A DNA stretch of 63,892 bases, the filler included, from Aduncisulcus paluster (taxonomy: Eukaryota): assembly GCA_024181965.1 (NCBI GenBank). It is 6 parts of 6 records of this genome, joined end to end, with 100 filler letters (N's around TTAATTAATTAA, not from the genome) between each part and the next. Parts side by side here need not be neighbours in the genome. Positions count along the whole stretch, not along the records: positions 24,690 to 53,530 come from BQXS01010973.1; 5 more parts are not named here. One strand, 5' to 3'. Shown here piece by piece: positions 33,601 through 48,600 of this stretch. Each line of letters opens with the position of its first letter. The first letter of the stretch is position 1. The notes beneath the pieces were generated by a model that saw nothing but the letters and a program-made list of their open reading frames with translations, was not told where the DNA came from and searched no databases. The translations under genes were made by a program, and so were the position numbers.

Positions 33601-36600
33601 AGATATTCTTGATATGGTTTCAACTTCAACGGAAGAGTTGAGACTGTATTTACAGGGATTAATTCGGCTCCTTGAATTGTCACACACCTTGACCTCCAAT
33701 TTGTTTAATTTCTGTCTCCAAAGTGGTGTTGCAAATTGTCCCCTGTTTAGGAACAGACTCCAGAGTATGTCAGACTTTTGTGGAAGTGATCCTGCTCTTC
33801 ACAAGGTGTTTTCACACACTCTTGCATGTCCCATTCCATTTTTCAACGCCCTCTTCTTCTATCTTGCCCTGCATTNNNNNNNNNNNNNNNNNNNNTGGAA
33901 ATGCTGGAATGTTATCAAAAGAAAGAGATATTCTTGATATGGTTTCAACTTCAACGGAAGAGTTGAGACTGTATTTACAGGGATTAATTCGGCTCCTTGA
34001 ATTGTCACACACCTTGACCTCCAATTTGTTTAATTTCTGTCTCCAAAGTGGTGTTGCAAATTGTCCCCTGTTTAGGAACAGACTCCAGAGTATGTCAGAC
34101 TTTTGTGGAAGTGATCCTGCTCTTCACAAGGTGTTTTCACACACTCTTGCATGTCCCATTCCATTTTTCAACGCCCTCTTCTTCTATCTTGCCCTGCATT
34201 ATAAATATGTGTCTCCACAAGACCATGCATCCACCCATGATAATTTAACACGATCTGTAATGCTCGGGAGTGCCATGACTCCTTCCCAACAAGATCAGAT
34301 CAAGCAACAAGTATGGTATCTTCTCCTTGGTTTGCACTTCCATGGATCAAACAATCAAGATTTGAGTGAGGTTATGAAGATCGTGTCTTTCATTTTCTGC
34401 CCTTCATCCCCAAATCCTTTGCTCTCTGCTTCTATTCTCGAATCACTCCAAACCCACACAAAACTGTGTCAGTTGAAAGTTCTTTCGACATTTTTTAGGA
34501 CTCTGTGCGATAGTTTGATACCTCAGTTGTCACAAACCGCTAGACCCAGACTCGGGAATGAAATCCTTTTATTCTCCCCTCTACCTCTTCCTTCATGTTA
34601 TATTCCAAGATCTTCAATCAATTCTATTATTTCTCAATTCAAGAATCCTATTTTTGGAAGGGCCGCGCAAGATCCTGTCCGCATAGTCGGTGAAGGAATA
34701 GTCAAAGTTATTCAGCAATTCAGGACTCTTTATATTGAGACTCCAAAAGGGGTGAAGGAGAGAAGGAAACACCAGCTTTCAATGGCTCAGAATGTCGTTG
34801 AAGACAAGGTCAAACTCTCTCGTGGAGAAGAAGGACCTCAGATTTCTTCTGTTAAAAACCTTCTTATCGAAGAACAAGGTCTCATTCAAAGGCTCAAAAT
34901 GAGAGCTTCCAGCAAATCTGAGGCTTTGAGTGGTGCTGGATACACTCAACAACAATCATATGGGTTTTGGTTGGCTCCCAACCGTCTTGAGATTATCACA
35001 GATCTCGTGAAGGATGTTCTCCATATCACTCATCAAACTGATGCCCACCCTTTCAATATTGTTCTGTCGGAACTATTCCAACACGTGTTCTTGTTCTCAT
35101 CCCATGTTCAAATCCTTCAGCAAAATTACGTGGCACCCTATAATCATTTTTATAAAAGACTTGCTCAATCTGTCCACCGTTTTAGTTTTGACATATTAGA
35201 TCATGATTCTTCAATTCTCATTCGTTCTGCCAAACAACTGACTCCCAGACCTCAACAATACCAACAACCACCTCCCCAACCCCAAGTTAGCTTGCAGTTC
35301 CATCCTTTGCCGACATCTCTGCATTCTGAAGAGCGACTTCTCCATACTATCAGACACATTCGATTTATGTATTTGAATAACGATTCAATACGATCATTGC
35401 TATCACAAGGTACTCTTAAAAAAGTTTTCATGCAATTCTTCCATATGTTCCTCACCTTGCCATTTTCACATATGTATCCTCTCTCCGATTGTATTGCATT
35501 CCTCTCTCATTTGTGTAACTTTTTGCTGTGTAACAATACTCCCAAGCCAGTTCTGATTAGTGCAATCAACGATCTCAAAAATGGACAAGAGTTTGTGAGA
35601 TATGTTTTAACCGCCATTCGTGAACATCCAACAATAATGCCCCTCGACAAACACACCATGAACAATGATATTCTCATGCGTCGCTGCTATCCTTCTACTC
35701 AGGGCAGTGGACAGATAGTTTCCGATGAGAGTTTTGTTTTCCTCGAGAATGTGCTTGTCCCTATTCTTATTCGAATCATTACAATATGTGTTGGACGTAT
35801 TGAGGCCCATGCAGCTGCTCTCCAACACTTGGCCATTATTCAATCCACAGATCTTGTCCAACTACGTCATGAGTATTCCCAAGTAGAGCATATTTCTGGC
35901 ACTATCAGTTCATTGATGTATTCGTTGAAGATCTATCACAAGTGCATGTTTGACGATATCGTTAACATGATTAATAGCAACTCTCAGACATCAGAGAATA
36001 CTCTTTCTCTTGACGATGAAGGAAAAAATCTTGCCCGTCGATTCTTCAGGGCAATGATGACTTGTGTTTGTGGTATAATTCGAATCTGTGAGCTTGAAGA
36101 AGCCGAAGAAAGGAGATGTCGTGAAGAAGAGTGTCCCATCATGAATACAAGAAGAGTTTTGGCCAAGACTAAATTCCTCATCCGTGACCTTATTGTTCAA
36201 AGTGTTCTCAGTCTTCCTTTGTCCACATTATCCTGGAGATCTCTGCTTTGCGACGAGCTTGGTTTCCTACTCCAATTGTTTACTCCAACCCCTCAAGTGA
36301 GCCGAAGAGTCATGGATGAAATGATGGGAAAGGTCACAGTTTCACGAGATGCATCGAGTGGAAAAACTCGTGTAGCGATTGACAGGGCTAAACGCTATCG
36401 TGAAACATCCCTGAGTGAGGACGGTTGTGTATTGGTACGTATGCAAGCAGGTGTATCATTGAGTGTTAATAACTTTGCCCCCAACGAGTGTGTTGGTGGA
36501 CGTAACTGTACAGCCTCAACTTATGAGTATGATTCATCCATTAACACAGCTGAGGTGGAGGTTAAGGATGAGGAAGAATATGGAGATGAATGTGACGATG

Positions 36601-39600
36601 ATCATTCTTCTGATGTTCCTTCCATTTCTGCTTTTATCTCTCCTGGACAGGATTCTGCCTCAATACTCGCCGAAGATCCCATTATGTATCCTCCCAGAAT
36701 TTTCACACCACATCAAAAGTATCTTCTCTCACAGAACTCTGACACTCCATCCCCTTCAAATCCATTCCTTCCTGGTAATCCTATTGTGCCATATTTCGTT
36801 GAGGTTTCTTCGAATAACTTCTACCAACTTCTCGTTGCTTCGATGTCTGGACAAGGTCTGTATTCCAATGGAATTATTGTATATACCCTCTCTGTTATTC
36901 TCCATATCTTCAGCTCAAAGGGCACAAGTCCAGGCGATAAACCGGTGATGTATCGGTATTTACTTGAAGGAATCTACACCAGACTCAGGATTATATACTC
37001 GAGACCAAAGCACCTCCAGACCATAAGACAACGTATTTATGATGCTCACGAAATTAGGACAATTCACACACTTGTATTGACCTTGTGTTCTTTCTGTTTC
37101 CCCAGAATTCGTACTCTGGAACATTTATTGCATTATCTTAACAAAATTGTCACTTTGACTCTGAATTCAATATCCACAACTCCATCAGCACCATATTTGG
37201 GCGATCCTGCCATTTCTGTGTGTAAAGTTGAGAAGTTATGTTTCCTCTCTGCTCTGGCTGATAATATTCGTGAGCTTATTTCGTATGTTCACAGTACACC
37301 TCGTATTCAAGAGCAGAAGGAGAATCTAGGATCTGCTGTGATGGTATTTATCAAGAAGATACTCACCACTCAACACTTGATGATGACTGTGCAGCTCTGC
37401 AATTCTCTGTTGAAGTCAGGAAAAACTGCGGAGCTATATGAAAAGGAAACTTCCACTCAAACATGTTCTCTTGATGCATGGTTAGCTAAGGAATCGACCA
37501 GAGCTACATCATCCTCACTCCCTGTTCAAGGTGGTAAAAACACCTCTTCATCCAAGTGCAGTGAATGTGGATACAGAGCTGTTACTAAGGCTCTTATCCC
37601 AGCCTATCGCAAACAATCCCCAGAATATATTGAACCGTTATCTCTGTTCCCATCTGCTGCTTTTCCCAATGAGCATTCTCACTATAATGATAATCCTTTC
37701 ACCCTTGTTCTGCGTCAAACAGGTGTTGGAATGTCTCTCGATGAACTTGAGATCTCTGCTGCGATTTATTCTCTCTTTGTTCAAATTGTTGTCCACATTT
37801 CTGAGATCAATTCCCTTGCAAAACTTGTTCCTCACCTTCCCCCTTTGATTATCAGGGGAATATCAAGTCCAGTCTACAGTGTAAAACAATTCAGTGTCGT
37901 GGTCCTGAGCTTTGTCGTAGAGCGTAGAGCAGCCTCTGATTGGAGAGTTTATTTCTGGCCCTTTATCCCTTCCCTGATACATCGCTTCATGGATGCCCAT
38001 CGGGATATCCTGAATGTCAAAGACGACGAAATATCACTTTCGAGCATCATAGAACCTGTCTCATTCGAGCAAAGGTTTGAATATCTCAACCAACGAACTC
38101 CCTTTAACAAAATGAAGGCCGATAAACATTCCCCGACTCAACTCGCCCTAAGGATACGGACTCTATTGGGTCATTTGGGACAGTTCTTCTCCACAATGAC
38201 AAAAGGAAGCTGTATCCACCCTTGTTGTTCTTCTGATCAAAGCCAGAGTATTTCAGACTTTGTTGATTCTTCTGAGCTTTGCTCTTGCTCTAAGAGTTCT
38301 CCTAAAGGTTGTTCTGAAAGTGTTCTTGTTGATTCCATCCCTCGCCAGCAAAATACCCAGATTGTTGTGAACATTGATGGTATTCCTGTGAAAGCTTCCT
38401 TGAATAATATATTGATTGATATTCAACAAGCATTAAAACTGACATTTATAAAGATTCGTGTCATTCCTCAATGCCTCCCTTTCAATGAAAGTCTCCTGTC
38501 ATTGGAATCAACCCAAGTCATTCCTCTTCCTGATGCATTCTTACCTATATCGAAGTTCGTCATTTCAATGTTAATCTCATTCACAGCATTGTATCAGTCT
38601 CAATCTATCTCTCATGCTTCAGCTAGTTCAGGTCTGGTATCTTCTGCACTGTTTTCTCCTGAGGAATTGGTACCTTTCATGTCCAAACTCGATGACTTTT
38701 TGTCTCCAAGATCAATGCCTGATGATGTAAAAGATCTTGAGGAAGAAGCCTCAGATTCCACTCCTGTTTCCCCAGCTTCAGACGCTCAGGGTTCAACTAA
38801 TGATGATAGTGAACACCGTGCCGGGCCGAATGAACCCATTTCGGAATCTATCCCTTCCCTGTTGTTCGGCACTGATGCCACTGGTTGCATCAAATCTCTT
38901 TTGGATATTTGTTTGAGAATCTGTGAATTTGAGGAAGGTTACCGTCAGCGTGTAAGAATGGCATCCATGTTCATTAGGAGTGATGTTTCCAAGAGCTTTG
39001 ACGAGTGTCTCTCTGTTCAATGCCTTGATATATCCTCAACTTCAACAGCTAAAAGTTTTTCTGTTCCCTCTGGTAACTCTCAGTCGAAAGTTTCTGATAC
39101 TATGCCTCTATCTCTGTTCAGGAATTGTATTATATGCTCCGGCCGAATGGTATTCAAGAACACTTCAGATGATCAGTTTTCTGGCCAGTTATCAAGCGAT
39201 AAACCATCTCACACGAATGCACCCTCAAAGGATATTGGAGACATTGCTACGACGAGTTCTTTAGGTTCACAGGGCAGTGTATCAAGTGAAGATGAAGATG
39301 TCTCTCAGAATGGAGATTTGAGTGATATTGCTGACAGTGAGAGCCATATTGGCTCTCCATCTGCTTCTGGACAGATCCTTGGCGATAATAATGTATTCCC
39401 GTCAATGACAGCCACCACTACGAATGTTCTTCTCCCTCTGTTGCATCATATGCTCCTAAATCTCTGTAAATCATCTTCTTCAGACCAGGATATCGACGAT
39501 TCCACCCGTATTCCCTCTGAATTGGATGCTAGTGATAGGTTCCATTCCTCCCCTGCTCATTTGCTTGACTCATTGGTCTATTCCCTCCTCGTTCTTATTG

Positions 39601-42600
39601 TTTCTCCACATACATTAAGGTATATGCAGTTGTTGCACAGTTCTCTAACCTTTATATTTACTCATACTCTCTCTACAAGGCTATTGAGGGTACTTTTCCG
39701 CAATGTTGAACTTCTGTTGGGCGAAAACCCAGAGCGAAGTAATCGTCTTGTCCGTTTCCTTTCGTTCTTGTGTGATTCTTTGAAAAAGAAACCAGAGATT
39801 CAGAATTGGGTCGACTTTAAAAAGAAAGAAGAAGACAAGGGATATGGGAAAGATTCCCTTGGTTCCGATGAAGGCAGCACTTCCAAGCCAAAAGTAACAA
39901 AGAAATCCACAAAGAGAGGTCGCCGAGGAAGAAAGAAATCTGTGAAGGGAAGAGCCAAACCTCATCCTGAGGAAGATCATGGGTCAAAATTTGATTCGTG
40001 CAAGCAAGTATGTGAATATTTGCCCTCTTCCTTGCAGGTTATCTTCTCCTTTTTGCTTTCGTTGCATCCTCTCCTCTTTTCATTTGCATCCTCATCGAAT
40101 ACACTCTTCTCTTCAGATTTCCAGTGTGCTGCGTGTTATGTTGAGTGTTCCCAGGATGCCCATGTTGAAGGACAATGGTCTAGTGGTGTCACACAACGTA
40201 TTGCCACTCCCTTGCATAGTATTCCAATGACATTTGTGTGTGACGATGAAATATCTGAGTGTATTTCACACATTTCTCAATTATTTGTGTTATTAGCACC
40301 TATTGGGAAGGTTGGAGAGTCTTCATTATCGTATCCATCCAGTCAGAGCACATTGACCCAGAATGCCTCAAAGTATTCTATCTTCTTATCCCAATTCTCT
40401 CCTGAAATACAGACATGCAACCAGTTGGATCTGCGTCAATTGGTAGAATCCAAGAGCATTCCTTCTCATCCTGTTGGCTCTGAGGCATCCCCATCCTCTC
40501 CTTTATCTGGCATTTCGTTGTTCCCTGTCCTCCCATTCTGTTTTGTTTCCTCACTTGCAAGGGGATTGTTCTCACCTCTTTTGAGCCTTCGAAAATCTAG
40601 TCAAACTATGTGTGCCTCTTTGATCAAAACTTGTGTCTTTCTGAACAATCCAATTGATATTGCTATGGTGTTTGACTCGAGCAAGGATGTTGGGGAAGTG
40701 GATGGTGATGAAGTGGATATATCTTCTAATCCCACGTCCGCAAAGACAATGATTGCTTCGTTCCCAAATGTGTTGTGGAAATGCATAATGCATTACATTC
40801 CCCGAGTGCCTTCTCTGGTCTCTTCAGGAACATCGGCCACTGGCAGTAATGGGGCATTCCGTCCACCTCTTTCATTGCCGCTCGGGGATTTGATTGCTAT
40901 TATGGATATGTTCTGTTGGTGTTTGAACATTGAGGAGATGAAAAAGAAGTGTGATGATGCCATTGTGATGGTTCATGATGAAAGACAGAAGAAAGAAGCA
41001 CATTCCAGCATCCCAACTGCTCCCAATTCCTTTGAAGATGGTAGCGCTTCCCTTGCTTGTTCCTTGGAGCTCTCCTTTGCGAAATACTTTGTGAATGTGC
41101 TCTTTTCCTGCCTCCAGTTACTATCCTCCTTCTCCCTTATAATTACACACAGAGAGACGATTTGTGAGAGTATTCCTCAGGCAACTGCTGGAGCAAAACC
41201 TCAGAATGTCATGTCCGTGCGTGGATGTGTTGCCTACACTTCGGGACAACAGCCTGAATACACAAAACTATCCTCCACCCAGAACCCTTTGGCAAGGCAA
41301 GGTATGAATATTGGTGTTGAGTACCCTTCCGTCTGCCCTGAAACATGCAGAATCAACACAGGATCTGGCCCAGGGGTGGGCCGTATTCTCCCAAGTTCTA
41401 ACGGACTGGATGTGCATGTGATGTTCCCACCCGCCTTGATCGATGGGCCGGGAGATATGAAAGACATTCAAACAGGGCAACAGACTCCTGGTCACAAGCC
41501 TACATTCTGTGGCATTCCATGTGATGTTTCGAACAAATCTCTTATTACTTCTCTGAATTATCCAATAGAAAATATTTTCAACATTCGTGTGACTGTCATG
41601 TTCATTCATGCTTGTCAGATCGCTGGATTAGTCTTTAAGCTTCCTCATATCATCTCTCACCAACGATTCTTGTATCAATCGTTCCTTAACGCCTTGCTTC
41701 ACTTGGTTTCTCTCCAACCTCATATCGATTGCTCCATTTACAGTGAGAAATTCAATGAAACTGGGGAGAAAGAAGAGGATATTCGGACAATTTCTGTTCC
41801 CATCAAGAATTTATTGCTTATCTGTGAGGGAATTAAAGATCTCACGCGTGAGGTATGTGCTCAAGGACTTATCATATACCGAGATATAACCACCATGGGA
41901 CAAGGTCTTGATCATGCCGAATTTAAAGCCAACTCTGAAGAGTATGTGAGTGGTGTTCTAACTCCTTTCTTCACTTGGTTGTTTTCCCAAATGTCCTTTG
42001 AGCCTTTTAAGAGAATCGTTGAAGATGGAAGACTCGTGGAACTTCCCAAGCATCACCCTCCTGCCACTCTCCAGCATCTTCAACAATGGAGCCGCTTCAA
42101 GTCAATCTTCGAGTGGAAAGGCCTGAGAGCCTTGCTACGAGTATGCCCTGAGTGGTGTCCTTCAACGTGGGAGATAACATTTACTGTCTTGATGAATTTG
42201 TCAAAGGATCATTTTGACCTTTTCTTTGCTGGCTGCCACGAGGATGACACCACAGTGGAGAGCTACCTTCTCTCAAGGTACATTTCTTGGTACTCATCCA
42301 CGTGCAAAGGTAAGATTATGTCAAATATTATCCCATTATTCGCTTCTCAGGCTCCCGAGTATATCTCGATTCTGTGTGAATGCATTGCCTTATCCAAGGA
42401 CGCTCATGTGAACACCCTTGGTCTTGCTGAGGTGTTGAGACAGATATATGAATTGACGTATCCTCACCCGGAAGGACAGCCTTTCTTGAGATACTTTGTT
42501 GCACAATCACGTGCTCTCGAGGCAGGATTTGCAAGGGCTCTTCGTTATAGACCTTTCACTGGCATTTATTCGATATTCAATCTGTTTTCAGTGAAATTAC

Positions 42601-45600
42601 AGCCCGATACTTGTCCGAGGGTCTGTGAATTTAACCAAATGATTAAATTACCTCATTTGCTGAGTGTTCTCTCCGGCATTGTTCGTAACTCTGTTGAAAA
42701 ATGTGTCTCTCCTGAATGTATGAGTTTGTTTGAGACTCCTGATGGAATTGAACATATTGTTACGAATATGCGTTGCGATGGACAACTTGTGTTTGATCGT
42801 ACCAAATTCTACCAAGAAAATGAACCAGCCAAAATGAAAGAAAAGCCAATATCGGCCGTTACCCAAGAGAGTGTGTGTGAAAGCATCCTTGAGTGCATTA
42901 GCTCAACCGTATCTGTCGTTCTTGCGATGCTTAAGCGAAGAAACAACCTCTTTGACCTTGCAATCACTCATAACAATTCAACCATGATGAAACTACTTGC
43001 CAAATTTGTAGCCCTGTACCGCTGTGGGCATGCTGATATTGTCATTCATCTCCCTGATTATTCACAAACCTGTTCTTATCGCCAGTTCCTTGGCATCGAT
43101 CACGATTCATCCGCTCGTGCCAAGGTTGAGAGTGAAGAGAAGAGGAGGAAAGGAGGATGGGTATGGTTAAATGTAAGAGGAGATCGTTTATGCGGGGTTG
43201 CGACAAGCACTATCAATGCATGGGAAAATGAGGAATATATTGTTAAGCAATGGACAGATTCCGTCCGCTCCAAGTTGCTCCAATATCAAGAAGATGAACA
43301 ACGTGGAAAGGATGAAGAGGTCGACGATTTGGGAACTCAATTGAAAAATGTTGATGTGTCCAAGGTCATGAAAGAAATTGATCATGTCTCCAAACATTTG
43401 AATCTATGTGAGAAATTGAAATCACTTAACTCAAAATCTGACATTGGAATCCCTCCATTCTTCCATTCTTTCTATTCGATTAGAGGCGGTTTCATCCCTG
43501 AATGCTCTGAATATAGCATTTTACACCCATCCATTCTTTCTGTTGGCTCACAACGCCAAGCCCAACGTATTATGGGTATTTTGCTTTTAAGTGAGATTGA
43601 CTCGAATCTTGTTAAAAACGCCGCCTCAGATGGTGACAGCACCTCGTCAATGCCACAAACCAGCCCTGAAGGATATCAAGCTGTTCCTTCAAGTGAATTC
43701 TCCCCACAAGTTCAGTTTTTGTATCTTGTTTCTCTGCGTGTGTTTGCCTTGAGTGAGCTTCTTCGTGTCATTTGTGGAACTATCGATGTGGATCTGACTC
43801 AATCATTTGCCTCAATTGATCTCCCTCCTCCGTTTAACGTTAATGGCGGGGATTTTTCGAAGAATATTGACACTCCGATGGACAATTCCCCAACTCCTTC
43901 TTCCATTGACCATATGTTGTCTAGAAATGAATGTATATTGAGTGCCCCTACCTTGAATCCTGCTTTCTTCCCAACTCTTTCTGGCTACAAGACTCACCAA
44001 AAGATCAATAGAGTCAATTCGTGTATCACCACCATTTCCACTTGTTTCACTCTGCCCCACCCTCTCTTGTTCTCCCTCTCTTCTCCCTCTTTCGACTGCT
44101 GTGACACCATTTCTGTCCTTGCAAACATCATTCCATGCCATGGTCCTGGCGTTGGAACCTTCTTGTTGTGTTCATACATTGAAAAGGTGCTTGGTTCATG
44201 TACTGGATGCATAAGAGAAGCCATTGAAAGGTCGATACTTATCAACAGGGAAAGCAGAAGCGGTGAGGCTCTTGATGGCATTGATGATACTCCTCTTTGT
44301 TGTCTTGCATCCTCATGTATTGATGCAAACACTGAGGCTTTGATGTTTATGGGTGTCAAAATGATCATCGTATCATGCATATCAATTCTCCATCCAGCCA
44401 TTGAAGCTTTATCATCCATCAAGGACCATAAGAACAAGGATCACTTGTGTGAATACTTCTGTAGATGTGTTTTGATGCCCCTCTTGTCCAATGATTGTGG
44501 AGTTCAGATGTTTGTTCGATTCCCATCGATCATATCTCCGCTATTGACTTCTTTACTCCACTTGTTACCTGGTCCTGAATGCCACCGTCCTTTGTCTCCA
44601 CTTTGTGCTCTGACAATCTCAAGAATATGCACCATTGTATTCTCAATTCATCACATTCTCCCTGAAAACAAAAACACTTATCGGCAAGAACATGTTCCTG
44701 TTACCAAGGAATCTAAGTCTGAGATATCCACTTGCGTTTCTGCTCTGCAATCAATTCAAATGTGTCCAATTCACTCGAATTCATTGACTTACTCCCTATG
44801 TTTGCTTGGAGTTTTTGTTTTGGAGGTATATCGGAAATATTATGATCAAGATGTTCTTGGAATTCTTGATATTATGACCTTATCGTTCAAGAGAGCCTCA
44901 TCAAAGTCGTCAGATCATGTGGAAGAAGAGGAGACCAAGGTTGTTCAGAAGAAGACAAAAACCCCAAAAAGAGGAAGACCTCCAAAACGTAAATCTTCAA
45001 AAGTCTCTGAGATCAAGGAATCTTCTCTCCCTTCTCAAGGTCAAAGATATCCCTCTGGTGCCAAGCTGGATGTCAATACTATCCCTCTTCATTTGTTTGC
45101 CATTGCCAGTTCGTATCCACTTTTGCCCCTGTCATATCTCTCAATGGTCCATATCCTCGAAGTTGCTTACAATCACAAGAAGAAGTATGAGAACAACCCT
45201 TCTTCACGGAGTAATAATATCGCTCGGGAAGGTGTAGGATCATCGAACCACAACAAAGATGAGGAAATATTAGCCACTGGGGATGTTTCACTTCTCCAAC
45301 ATAATCCTTCTCAACAAGACTTATCTTCTCCCTCACTCTCCCAGATGTCAGGCTCTACCTTCGAATCACAAGCCGTTGGAGTTGGAGAATCTCATTGCAC
45401 AACCGTCGTTCACTCTCTTCCTTGTATCTCTTCTGTACAAGACCATGTCAACATAATGATCTCACTGATCCAGCAATCAGAGTCAAAGAGTCGAATCATT
45501 TCACAATTAATTGATTTCTTCAAGATCCAAGATCATAAACAATTCGAAAAGCATACAGTGATCACAAAACCCCATGAAATACTAACCATGTTGCTTCCAT

Positions 45601-48600
45601 TGAAATCTTTGATTATCGTGGGCATTTTGGAACATTTCTGTGAGAAGCGTGACTTCAACTCCTTTGTTAAAGCAATTGAAGATCCACATTATTCATACAT
45701 GTTTGCTTTTGGTGAAGTTCCTATCCTCTCTTTAATGACTCTCCATTCCCATATTCCCATCCTCTCAGTGATTGCTGAAGATGATCGAATTGAGAGAAAC
45801 TCTCACCCCGATTGGTATGTCGGCTCAGTGCCACTCAAGCAACAGGCTCTTACGATTCGTGTTGCAAGAGTCTTGGCAATTATGTGCATCTATGTGAATT
45901 GTTATGAAGAGATCTCCAAACTCATTCCATCTATGGTTGTGAAGAAGTATTATTCTTTGTTTTATTCCTCAATTGATGATCTAAAAATAGATATCTCACC
46001 GATTACTTCTGGTGTTATTCCTGTTTTGATGAATGGAAATAAGATTCTTTCTGAACCTCACCTTTCCTTCCTTACAAAACAAAGCAAAACAGATACTATC
46101 TTGAGCAAATTCTTTGCGTTTATCCCAGCAATCGACCCATATTTCAATACTGTGGTTGCTAAATACATTGAATGGTACAAACATCAGAACTCTTTCACGT
46201 CATACATGGTCGCTGCTCTGTGCCAGAAATCATTGGCTTCTTCGACATTCTTTAGATACTCTGTCAGATTCTCCATGTTGGCTGACGATTCATTGAAGAG
46301 ATGCCTTGAATGGCTCACCACTTTTGGTAATGAATTGGCCAATGTTCCAATAAGAGGAGTGAAACTCCGTGCTTGTGAGTATTTTGTTGACAGTCCTATC
46401 CATTTCTCTGGAGATATCCTCACCTCTCTCACCAAAGTATTTGATATTAAGGACAATCAACAAGTGGATCAGCAATCATTTGGTAACTGTCTTGTCAAAC
46501 AAGTTCCCAATGCTGTGGATGTGATTGATCACATTCTAAACACGTCTATCCTGGCTTTCATATCGCTTGATTTCAGTTTTGTTGATGCTTACATGCGTAA
46601 TCTTCTTCAGTTGCTCACTACATTGTCTCAAATCAATATCTCAAATCTGTTGACTGCCTTTTTCATTGACAAATCGACAACCAATCTGGCATATGAACTT
46701 CCCACGACTTTCAAAGAGAAATACCTAAGTGTCATTGCTCAAGGGTTGCTAAATTTGATATATAAGATTAACATTCTCCTATCTGTCCGTATCCTTCAGT
46801 TCATTCGAGTCTGTGATCGCCTNNNNNNNNNNNNNNNNNNNNATCACATTCTAAACACGTCTATCCTGGCTTTCATATCGCTTGATTTCAGTTTTGTTGA
46901 TGCTTACATGCGTAATCTTCTTCAGTTGCTCACTACATTGTCTCAAATCAATATCTCAAATCTGTTGACTGCCTTTTTCATTGACAAATCGACAACCAAT
47001 CTGGCATATGAACTTCCCACGACTTTCAAAGAGAAATACCTAAGTGTCATTGCTCAAGGGTTGCTCAATTTGATATATAAGATTAACATTCTCCTATCTG
47101 TCCGTATCCTTCAGTTCATTCGAGTCTGTGATCGCCTTTATTCATGTAGAAGGGGCAACATTTGCGAATTGATGAGAGATGTCAATGAGAGTGATAGCAT
47201 TGGGATTAATGTAATCAGTAGCACAGACGTGAAGAAAGGAAGAGGTGATCGCACTGTCGGTGATGTCAAGGGTGTAACATCGAAGCCTAAGCTTACCGAT
47301 GGACAAAAAGTCACACCAAACCATGGGAAAATCTCTCCCAAACCCAGCCTACACATTGTTTCTTCACCATCTGTTCTCATTTCGAATCCATCAGACCGTC
47401 TCTTTGTTTCTCCTCTTCGATTTGTCCACCTTGATCCCTTTGTAAAAAATGTTGTTCCAAATGCTGAAAAGAATGCCGAAATGCTGAAACTCATTGATTC
47501 CTTCTTACAGACCACCCTCAAGTTCTCCTCTGTCCATCCTACCCATTTGCAGAGTTTATTGTGGCTTTTGTGCTCGATTTGTGACATTCAGTACTCTCCG
47601 GATAGCTACACATGTGAGCTCAGAAAGACAAACCCATATGTCGATGTTCTATTTGGGTGTGATTCTGCCAACATGAAGCATGTCAACATGTACTGTGATA
47701 TTGCACTTGATAATGGGGATATTGTGAGGAGAATGTGCAGAGTTCACCTTCAAGATACCTCAAGATGTGCCGATGTTCCCGATCGATTTGTTGAACACAT
47801 TCCTTTCGCCAAAAGAAGAGAAAAATACCATCCACATCACAACCAATTCATCACTTCTCTCCACGATTTCATTGTGAGTCAGTTAAAATCGATATCGCAA
47901 CAAAAGAATAGTGTCATTTTGGCTAATATTTTCTTGAATTATGCCAAATACTGCCTTGCCACTGAACAATTTGATCACACTGATATTTTGCTTGAGTGTG
48001 AGTACGATTCTGTTCAGAAGTTTGTTCTTGCTAATTTCCCAATGCATGTAACAGATCCCATCCTTGTTCCTTCATCTCAGTTGATTCCCTTGTTCCCATT
48101 GCCCTCTGTGACAACCTCTAAGGTAAAGAGCTATGTTCGTACTGTTTTATTGCGTTTAGATCATTCAAAGCCAATGTCTGGCCTCTTCTCCAGTCTTATA
48201 CGGAATGTCCATGGATTGACTGACCGTCTGTTTGACAGCATTACGCTGAATGTGTGTGAAAAACAGAGCAAAGAGAAGAACATCTCGTCTGTTATGGCTG
48301 CCATTGAGAACTTGGTTGTATACTTGTTGAATGAAAAGAAATATGGAGAATTGGAAAGGGTTGAACTGTTTGTTTCTCAATTTAGGCTCTTTTTGAGAAA
48401 AACAAGTCCCTTCCATCTTTCCCACTTGGATCGTATTATTGAGATGATCCTTCAAAGGAATTTAATTCTTAGATCTCCTCCAATCCATATATTGGCCCGT
48501 CTGACCGATGATTATTCCATTTCATGTCGAATGATGCTTATCTCAACTCTTCGACACTGTGGCGTGTCCAAGCTTCCTCTCTCGGTCGCTCTACGTTCTC

